Shown: in pieces, positions 8,933 through 16,900 of the stretch
Position numbering within the stretch: position 1 is the stretch's first letter
Layout of the letters: each line of letters opens with the position of its first letter
From: a virus
Lineage: Duplodnaviria > Heunggongvirae > Uroviricota > Caudoviricetes
Direction: 5' to 3' (one strand)
Length of the DNA stretch: 28,709 nt
IMG/VR virus record: IMGVR_UViG_3300038412_000041
Notes under the pieces: model-generated
Told to the model about the DNA's origin: nothing
The model's database searches: none
The model's input: the letters and a program-made list of their open reading frames with translations, nothing else
Made by a program: the position numbers and the translations under genes

Positions 8933-10396
8933 TTAGCATTGTTGTTTTGCTCCTGTATTCCATGAATACACTGCATTGCCACTGTTAAAAACTCTTGAGA
9001 ATCCTGCTTTTTCCATGTTTTCTTTTTCACTTAAATTAGAATCAAACTGTTTGCCTAGTAGTTTTAAAAGTTTGTGCTTTTGTGTTCTATATCTAGGTAA
9101 TACGTCTTTGTTTTTCAGCCAGAAATACCCTGGCATTGTTGAAGTCAAATAATTGAAACCTAGTTTACTGTAGACTGAACCATCACCATGATCTAAATCA
9201 GCGTATGATATTACGCTAGTAGGTTGATACACTTTAACAAAGTATGAAAAGAGTTTTGATGCTCCACCTACTACAACAGTATTTAGCTTAGAAGATAAAC
9301 GCAATATCTCCCATTGATACTTTTTGTTAAATCTAGGCTTATCCAAAGTCATAACGGATACCAGCTTTTCTTTATAGAATAAACCTAAACAAACTTTGGC
9401 GTACACACTTCCTTGTATATGAGTAAGATTAAGGAATTCTGATGCTTCTTTTGAGTCTATCTCTTTTACCTCAGTATCTCTGGCGTATACTCTTTTCTTA
9501 GCCATACCTAGTTTCACTCGGAGCATTGACTTTACTATTGGTGCCTTGTTAAGCAACTCATTTTCCCATAGATGTATTAGTTGGATTCCTTTTTCTTTTG
9601 CTTTTAACGTTTTGTGTTGGTGGTAAGCTTTAGGTTTATCTTTATGCCAATGCAAACCGTTAATTTCTATGCCTATATTGTGCTTAGGTAGTAAAATATC
9701 AATCTCTTTTCCTTCAAGTATTGTTCTATTGTTTAATTCTATATTGATACCTTCTTTAGTCAACCAGTTACAAACGGATTTTTCAATTTTACTAGGACCA
9801 CAGTTAGAACATTTAGGGCAACCGTGGTTTTGAAGATGGTCATCTGCTTTTTGTTCAAAGATAAGGTTACATCGTTTACATAAAATAGCTATCTTGTTTG
9901 AACCTAAAGTGTAGCAAACTTTTGAGTAATCGTATTTCTTACCATGCACAGCTTCTGCCTGTTTGACGTATTCTTTCGTAGTCTTTGTTTTAGACAACGT
10001 TCTTTTAGCATTTCCGCAAGTAGGGCAACCTTGTCCAGCAAGATGAGCGTAAGGTCTTTGTTGGAAAGTTTTATGACATACCAAACAAGATATATCAATT
10101 TTCCTATGACCATTAATATACTTACCGTACTTGTACACAGAACCGTGTACTGTTTTAGCCTTGATTTCAAAATCTTTTTGAGATAGTATCTTTTTCTGTG
10201 ATTTGCTTTCGTTTCCGCAAGTAGGACAACCTTGTCCATGAAAACGGTTGTGTGGTGTTTGTTTATAAGCTCCGTGTTCAGGACAAATAATTACCACTTT
10301 TGTCCTGATATTTACAAACACCACTTTTGAGTAGTCATCTTCTGGGTTGAGTGCTACAAACCTTTTTATGACTTCTTCTTGTGTTAGTCTACGCAT
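8933..10396 (-). CDS. Hef-like free-standing homing endonuclease 2 (3 Zn-finger repeats + Vsr/EDxHD-like nuclease + Mom/GNAT-like C-terminal domain)
   Basis: Repeats of the form YDYSKV...IC..HG..Q...GQGCPTC; nuclease core EIDILLPKHNIGIEINGLHWH...LIHLWENE; C-domain THIQG...WEILRLSS...GGASKLF...ISYADLDHGDGSVYSKLGF. Same architecture as 3460-5148. Confidence 0.82.
   Translation of the reverse strand: MRRLTQEEVIKRFVALNPEDDYSKVVFVNIRTKVVIICPEHGAYKQTPHNRFHGQGCPTCGNESKSQKKILSQKDFEIKAKTVHGSVYKYGKYINGHRKIDISCLVCHKTFQQRPYAHLAGQGCPTCGNAKRTLSKTKTTKEYVKQAEAVHGKKYDYSKVCYTLGSNKIAILCKRCNLIFEQKADDHLQNHGCPKCSNCGPSKIEKSVCNWLTKEGINIELNNRTILEGKEIDILLPKHNIGIEINGLHWHKDKPKAYHQHKTLKAKEKGIQLIHLWENELLNKAPIVKSMLRVKLGMAKKRVYARDTEVKEIDSKEASEFLNLTHIQGSVYAKVCLGLFYKEKLVSVMTLDKPRFNKKYQWEILRLSSKLNTVVVGGASKLFSYFVKVYQPTSVISYADLDHGDGSVYSKLGFNYLTSTMPGYFWLKNKDVLPRYRTQKHKLLKLLGKQFDSNLSEKENMEKAGFSRVFNSGNAVYSWNTGAKQQC
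10011..10238. repeat. 27-nt direct repeat pair (26/27 identical) within the Zn-finger units
   Basis: TTTCCGCAAGTAGG(G/A)CAACCTTGTCCA at 10011-10037 and 10212-10238, 201 nt (67 codons) apart. Both copies encode GQGCPTCGN. Confidence 0.85.
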
Positions 10397-10404
10397 TTAT
10401 CCAA

Positions 10405-10608
10405 TTACAAACCATTTGTGTATACAGGGTTAGTGTCTTCAACAGGAAGACTAACACAATGCTCCACGCACACATAAGTAGGAACGCCAGCAGCCGTAAC
10501 TATAGGCATAGAGTATTCGACATTGTTCGACTTGCATATAGGACACAAACCATGCTCTTCTATATCAAGTCTAGCTTCTACTTTCTGTAGAGGATTAATA
10601 CGCTTCAT
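10405..10608 (-). CDS. small zinc-ribbon protein
   Basis: 67 aa with CPIC...CVEHC and a strong GAGGT RBS. Lies directly after the terminase. Confidence 0.72.
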   Translation of the reverse strand: MKRINPLQKVEARLDIEEHGLCPICKSNNVEYSMPIVTAAGVPTYVCVEHCVSLPVEDTNPVYTNGL

Positions 10609-10627
10609 TTAATTTACCTCATTTGGC

Positions 10628-10643
10628 TATACTACAAAATTAG
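10628..10643 (-). promoter_or_regulatory. candidate phage promoter motif CTAATTT-N2-TAGTATA
   Basis: Intergenic, upstream of the GAGGT RBS. Shares both boxes with 5166-5184. Confidence 0.3.
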
Positions 10644-10652
10644 TTAGAAACG

Positions 10653-12842
10653 TTATCTACGAAACGCATTATAAAGAGAGGAAGTGCTTGATCTTGCACC
10701 AGCTACACTTCCAACAGAACCTACATTTACAGGATTATTGTTGGAAGCTAAGCTTCCTGTTCTACCATCCACTCCATAGACTCCTGTATTTCCGCAGATT
10801 GCAATAAGCCCTCTATTTCCACCTTTCTTTGTTTCATGCAAATTCTTAGCACACCATTCTTCATCTATTAAAACAGAAGCACCTAACGCCATTGCTCTCC
10901 AAATATCGTCGGTTAACCTTGATCCTTTTTCAACACTACGTCCTGTATCTGATACAGTACAGAGTTGCATCAACAAGTGATCTACAGGTCTACCTTTAAA
11001 CATACTAGGATATGTAGTAGTATCAACCACTAACAAGTCGCCAAGAGAAATGTCTGTTTCTCTAGCAGGTAACTCGATCATATTGTCTTCAATGTAAGAC
11101 CTTACATTTATTAGCTCGTTATACTTGATTGATTTTATCTCGGTGTACAGATTGAATTTACTCTCAAGATCGTGGAGTATCTTTATCGAGTTCCATCTGT
11201 CAGCCAAAACTGCCTGTACATTGTATGCTTCTATCAAAGGAAGCATAATGTTTTCGTAAATCTTTGAGTAGCTTAACGTGTACTTACCTTTTTCTGGAGC
11301 AATCTCTATGACAACAGGAAACTTTACCAGTCTACCGCTTGTGGTCTTCACAAAATGTCCTATCGTAAGACCAAAAGAGTTACCGGAATAACCAGCATCC
11401 ATAGACATTACAGAAGGTGGAAGATTTGAAGGTTTAAGTTGATGCACAATCTTGCCAGCACGCCTTACTGAACCATTCTTTACCTTACCATGTATGTATT
11501 CTATTCTTACCCAGTTTGGTTTGTTTGAGAATAACAGTAACGCTGAATCTTGATCTATGAAAGGATTTTCTGCGGATGGAGGTATAGCTCCGAAATCTCG
11601 GCTGGCTTTTTCTGGATCATCGGCATACTCACGCTGAATGTCCTTTTCCGATATCTTTGGATGGACTTCCCATGTAGGTAAATGAAAACAAAAAATACGC
11701 TTCGAGTTTTTGTTGTTCATCACTATCTGGGTTAACACACCGCGCATATGTTGAGGACTACTAATATTCAATTGATAGGCATTTGGTACATTTACCTGAC
11801 CACTCTTTATAGCGTCTCTCCAACCTACACGAACAGTAAGAGCAGAGTTTACCAAGGATTTGTAGACTTCAACACCGTTCAGCTTTACTTGATCGCCACC
11901 TCCAGAGTCTTCAGTATTGAAAAAGTCCATTTCATCCGTCACACCTAAGAATCTGGTATTACCGCGAAGCGTCTTTCTGTTAGGTCCAGACGGATAAACG
12001 TAGATTCCACGATGTAGGTAATGTAAAGATTGACCATACTTTAGATATGTTGCTCCTCTTTCTTTCTCCAAAGAGTGAAGCATTTTATGATAGTTCATGA
12101 ACCAAGGTGATCCGTCAATTATGCCAGAGTAAGGTAACCAAAGCATTTCAACTGCTTTAGCATAAGTCAAACCAACGAATGTACCCATAAATGTAGTTTG
12201 GAGAGTTCCGTAAATCTTTTCAGGATTCTGAAGCTTTAACATTTTATGGGTTAGATACGCAGATATGGCACAAGCCATTAAGCTTTTACCTATACGCTGA
12301 CCTGCTAAACCAGCAAGCTCCGAGTACGCGTACATTGCACCTGAACGATAATGATCCAACTTTGATTTTTTGCAACGAGGACAGCGACCGTACTCCATAA
12401 GAGTAAAGTGCTTTTGTAATTCGTAGGAGTCGTAATCTTTTGGTAGGTCTAATACGTGTTTAAACTTGGTGCTGCATGTAGGACAAATCTCGTTCAGTAG
12501 TGTTAGCGCCAAGAAAAATTGTCTAGCCCACAGAGGTTGATTGATACCTTCTTCTTTGATACAGAACTGGTAGAAATTAGGAAACTCTTTAAAGTCCCTA
12601 TCATCAACTTCTAAATCATACATGATATGGTTGTTTGGGTCTAAAAGATTTCCAACCATATCTACAAGATTCATTTCGGCTTTTTCAAAATCGTAAGCCT
12701 GAATTGAGTTTACCCGATGTTCTTTAAAGCTTAGATTTCCTGGTGTCCACAGGTCGTCTACTGTTAGTTGTCGGTTTTTTGCTGTCTTGCTTTGTGAGGA
12801 TGAGTTGCTTAATATAATCCTTGAGTTTTTGTTTACTGTCAT
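10653..12842 (-). CDS. terL: terminase large subunit
   Basis: Walker A AGQRIGKS, TLRG, Walker B GVTDEMDFF, coupling motif ISSP, and RNase H-like nuclease motifs SMDAGYSGNSFG, LADRWNS and TDDIWRA. The likely start is the ATG at 12842, with GGAG 6 nt upstream. Confidence 0.9.
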   Translation of the reverse strand: MTVNKNSRIILSNSSSQSKTAKNRQLTVDDLWTPGNLSFKEHRVNSIQAYDFEKAEMNLVDMVGNLLDPNNHIMYDLEVDDRDFKEFPNFYQFCIKEEGINQPLWARQFFLALTLLNEICPTCSTKFKHVLDLPKDYDSYELQKHFTLMEYGRCPRCKKSKLDHYRSGAMYAYSELAGLAGQRIGKSLMACAISAYLTHKMLKLQNPEKIYGTLQTTFMGTFVGLTYAKAVEMLWLPYSGIIDGSPWFMNYHKMLHSLEKERGATYLKYGQSLHYLHRGIYVYPSGPNRKTLRGNTRFLGVTDEMDFFNTEDSGGGDQVKLNGVEVYKSLVNSALTVRVGWRDAIKSGQVNVPNAYQLNISSPQHMRGVLTQIVMNNKNSKRIFCFHLPTWEVHPKISEKDIQREYADDPEKASRDFGAIPPSAENPFIDQDSALLLFSNKPNWVRIEYIHGKVKNGSVRRAGKIVHQLKPSNLPPSVMSMDAGYSGNSFGLTIGHFVKTTSGRLVKFPVVIEIAPEKGKYTLSYSKIYENIMLPLIEAYNVQAVLADRWNSIKILHDLESKFNLYTEIKSIKYNELINVRSYIEDNMIELPARETDISLGDLLVVDTTTYPSMFKGRPVDHLLMQLCTVSDTGRSVEKGSRLTDDIWRAMALGASVLIDEEWCAKNLHETKKGGNRGLIAICGNTGVYGVDGRTGSLASNNNPVNVGSVGSVAGARSSTSSLYNAFRR

Positions 12843-13404
12843 TGTTAACTCCAACAAGTCCCTCTACAAGTAGAGAAGACACTTCGTTAGGGAGTTTTAA
12901 GCTGTCTGCCAGGAACAAGATTAGCTTGGCATCCAACATTTTTTGAAATGCAGGACGTACTGCACCTAAATCAAAACCTGGTGCATCTTCTCCTGTAATC
13001 ATGCGTATGCAATCTAGAGTATCTTCTAGAGCGGCTGGCAGTGCAATCTCCATTGATACTAAATTAGTCAAAATGAAGTGCGAAATATCGCGTTGTTGCC
13101 TAGTGACCGCTTCCAAAAACTCTTGTTCCCAACCTTCAGGAACGTTTAATAGATTCGTTATCGGTAGAATTTCTACAGTTTTTGGATTCTTGACCTGCTT
13201 AACTCTCTTCTTTGACTTAATCTTGACTTTAGACTTGATTACAGGTCTAGCTGCTGGTGGAGGAGTTACTTTGACCTGTTTTGTTTTTTGCGCTTGTCTT
13301 ATGTCAACACGACTTTTCAACTTACCTTTTAGAGGCTTGTTTTGAGAAGAGTAACTTACACCTTGCTCCAGCCTGCGTTCAAGTTCCGTGTTTAGATTAG
13401 CCAT
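12724..13404 (-). CDS. hypothetical protein (Lys-rich N-terminus; positional candidate for small terminase)
   Basis: Long ORF immediately upstream of and overlapping terL. The likely start is MANLN at 13404, overlapping the upstream stop. The function is not supported by motifs. Confidence 0.6.
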   Translation of the reverse strand: MANLNTELERRLEQGVSYSSQNKPLKGKLKSRVDIRQAQKTKQVKVTPPPAARPVIKSKVKIKSKKRVKQVKNPKTVEILPITNLLNVPEGWEQEFLEAVTRQQRDISHFILTNLVSMEIALPAALEDTLDCIRMITGEDAPGFDLGAVRPAFQKMLDAKLILFLADSLKLPNEVSSLLVEGLVGVNNDSKQKLKDYIKQLILTKQDSKKPTTNSRRPVDTRKSKL

Positions 13405-13921
13405 TGTTTGTCTCTTCAAATTTTGGTTTTAGTTTTTGCTTTTCCCTAATAAGCTCAATATTTTTCCAAACCCGGTCCAATTCCTTCATTCCAGCCTCAT
13501 GCATATGTTCCGTGTTTGCTATACACAAGGCAGCTAATGTAATCATAACTCCTCCAATCTCTTGCTCTACTTCACCTACTGGTCGGCTGTAAACATGATC
13601 TACTAACTTGTGTGCTTTATCTTTAGATAGACCGAGTGCTTGAACAAGCTCTATCGACTCCTCTAAGAATCGCATACTACGTTCTTTTTTATCAAAGACT
13701 ACAGATTCCTCAAAACACACCTCTAACCACAGATAAACATTTGATTGAAATGTTGCATAGGCATTCGCCAGATCAAGCGTTGTTTTAATCTTTGTGACGT
13801 TGCGTTTTCCAGGTATACCTAACGTGTATTGGTTTTCCAATTTTGCAGCCTGAATCTTTTTAGAGCTATCAACCAAATCAAATAAATCACGTACAAGTAG
13901 GTTGTCATCACTATCATTCAT
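13397..13921 (-). CDS. MazG-like (all-alpha NTP pyrophosphatase) protein
   Basis: ERSMRFLEESIELVQA...EQEIGGVMITLAAL fits the EExxE...E-x-G/D metal-binding pattern. The likely start is MNDSD at 13921, overlapping the dnaB stop. Confidence 0.65.
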   Translation of the reverse strand: MNDSDDNLLVRDLFDLVDSSKKIQAAKLENQYTLGIPGKRNVTKIKTTLDLANAYATFQSNVYLWLEVCFEESVVFDKKERSMRFLEESIELVQALGLSKDKAHKLVDHVYSRPVGEVEQEIGGVMITLAALCIANTEHMHEAGMKELDRVWKNIELIREKQKLKPKFEETNNG

Positions 13922-16900
13922 CTTCGTTGTCCTCACTCAAATCTTTAAGATAACCACCACTAGGTTTTTCAGATTCATCGTCTTCTTCCTCTTCACCTTC
14001 TGGTACATCATCGGATGCATAGATAAGACCTGTATCATTATTAGACAGCAGTTGGAATCTAAACAGTGTCAAGTTACGAGCCTTCAACTGTTCAATCTCC
14101 AAAGTCATTATATCCGACTCATCTTTAGGAGCAACCCACAACCAGGCATGGTTCGAATTGTGTGTCACAACACCATTTGCAACATAACTGTTTGTCCCAG
14201 GAACAGTAAGATCGTACACTTTTTCTTCACCTAACTCTTGTATATCAACAATGGTTATAAAACGACAATGTTTGTTAATATACAGGCTTTCAAAAAGATT
14301 GTAAAATTCTGAACCTTTAAACACTGACATTAGTGTTTTCAAATCACTGTAATTAAATCTAGGTATATAATCGAGATAGAATTTTCGATTCAGTTTTAGA
14401 AAACTACACTCTAGTAGAGTTCGCAGCTTTTCTCTAATATTAGAGAACCTATATGTGGTTGAGTTTAGCATACTAGACAATGAATCATTAACGATACTAG
14501 GAAGATAATCTGTCGAATCATTGTCAACTGCTACGTTAAACTTTTTTAAGTTTGTGATAGAAATCAAATCTATAAATTTTGATGCATGGGCTCCTGTAAC
14601 TTGTACTTGATTTTTACATATACGTGATTTAATACCTAATCTTTGTAAAAGAAGTTGAATTCTAATGCGTTGTACTTTAGATATAGACGACACAGAAACT
14701 CTATTATGCGTTGTCGTCCCATCACCATCAAATAAACCTGCAAGGTAAGAACACACTACTTGTTTGCTTGCATTCAAAACAATATCAGGAACATATTTCT
14801 GTAAAGCTTTACCTCGCATTCCTTCAATAGACAATAAGAATCTATTCAATTCCTTATTGGCAGAGTATAATCGCCAAATCGCTACTTTTTTCTTCGTGTG
14901 TTGTTTCTTCTCTCTATATGAAGCTTCTCCAAATTTTGATATCCAACAGTTTTTAAACTTTTTAAATATGTCATAGTCTGAAGCTACAAACTCTACTCCG
15001 TATTTTCCAAGATAACCATCACTAGACAAACAACCTAAAATATAACCCAAATCTTCGTCAATTTTCAACTTTCCATTAAATGAAAATTGATTATTGCTAT
15101 GTATTTTAGGGGACGCTACATCTATAATAGAAGCATTGCCAAATTTACCAGGTTGGTTATCTACAGCAATGTAATCATTAACTCTTAAGGATGATAACTC
15201 AAACCAGTCTACATTTCCTTTGGAGTCTATCTTTCTAAATCTGTGTTTTCCTGTAGCTTTTATAGTCATGCCATTACTTAGCACAAGCTGATATACCTTT
15301 CTAATACCATTGTAGTGTACATGACTGGCAGAAGCATACTTATCTTCAGTTTTTACATTGATACCTATCAAGTTGCGGGAAGACATTACTATTGAATTTG
15401 GAAACAAGGAGTCTATACGAATCAAACCTTTATCTGTATCTACAAGAGTATCTCCTGTTACACAATGCTCCAACATTGTCTGGGAATATTTAACTGCTCC
15501 ATCCTTATTTACCTGTACCAAAATCACAACAACAATATCATGTGCCTCGGCATAGCGTTTTGCATATCTACAGATATCGCCAAGTTTTTGCCACTGAGCT
15601 TCTGTCGTTCCAGACCCAGAATCTTTCAAGAGTGATACATAGTCAATGAGAATTACATCATAACCATAAGGCTGCAACGTATGCAAAACATCTTCAATAT
15701 TGACATCATTGTAAGGCGTATATATGGAATAACGTGTTCGATTCTTCTTTAATCCAAGTACCCACTCTTTGTACTTCTCGTCAAGAATCTTGCGTTCCTG
15801 ATCCGTTATGTTATGCTGGCTGATCCTAGAAACAGAAATGTCAGCAAGCAAGGCTTCAAGTCTAGCAGTTGCTTGTTCAGCACTCATTTCCAGACTAACC
15901 AAGGCACAATCATTTGCTAGGTCAACCATGTTCTTTAACAGGTTGACTGCCATTGAAGTATTATGAGTCACAAGACCGTTGGCAATATAGGAACGATTGT
16001 ATGGTACAGACAAGTCATAGACGTGTCGTTTCTTGAACGTCTCTCCTACATCTAAAACTCTTGTCCATTGATAATTCAGTATTTCTTTAAATTCCTCTCT
16101 GTTAAGAGACAATACGTCCTTTCTTGATAAGGCAACTGACGTATTGGATTCTTTAGGTGCTAGTATTCCAGAAACCGGAATCATGTCATAGTCTTCAGGT
16201 CTGTATGAGTACCAGATCAGATCATATGTTCCACCACCATAAATCTTTTTAGAGGCTCTGCGAAGTATCTTGTTATAGATGCCAAGATTATCCATCAAGG
16301 CTTTAACACCTAAAAGAAAAGTCGTAGAAGCGTGTGTCAACAGATAACCTTCTCTACAAAGAAGGGCACTCTGAAATACACCTAAAACAAAAGCATATTG
16401 AGTTTTAATCGTTGTCCTTACTTGTCTCGGTACTATTCTGTTTCTCACAGAAACATCTAGGACACTGGAAACAAGCTTGGTGTTTTCCAGATTTATCCGG
16501 TACACGTTATCAGTAGGATTAGCTTTGTAAACATGCTTGTAGTAATCAGATGCACCAACCTGAGATAGAATGTCTTTGATTGATTCCTCAGTCTTTGCAG
16601 CGTCACTAGTAGAGCGCAAGTTGAATGTAGGTCTCTTTCCGTCAGAAAGCAACATGCCGGTCAAGAAGGCATCAGCTTCTGATACCTGTGAGGTCAAAGA
16701 TTCGCACATAGTACCAAAATTGCAAGCTACCCACATATTTGGTTTTAGCTCACATAGTTGGACCCATTGCATATCTCCATCAATGTAAGTCAACATTTTG
16801 TGTTCTTTCAAACCTTCAGTTCTTGCTCCTTTATCAGTGATAACATACCAAGTTTCGCCGATTGACTTATAGGTTGCATCTACCGAATGATATTGATTAT

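Noticed and set aside
9904-10239. Nested minus-strand ORFs in alternative frames (this one and 28251-28454)
   Set aside because: They lie wholly inside better-supported genes and have no motif support.
3460-10396. Group I introns housing the two endonuclease genes
   Set aside because: The flanking non-coding gaps are too short for a ribozyme core, and the neighbouring genes appear complete.
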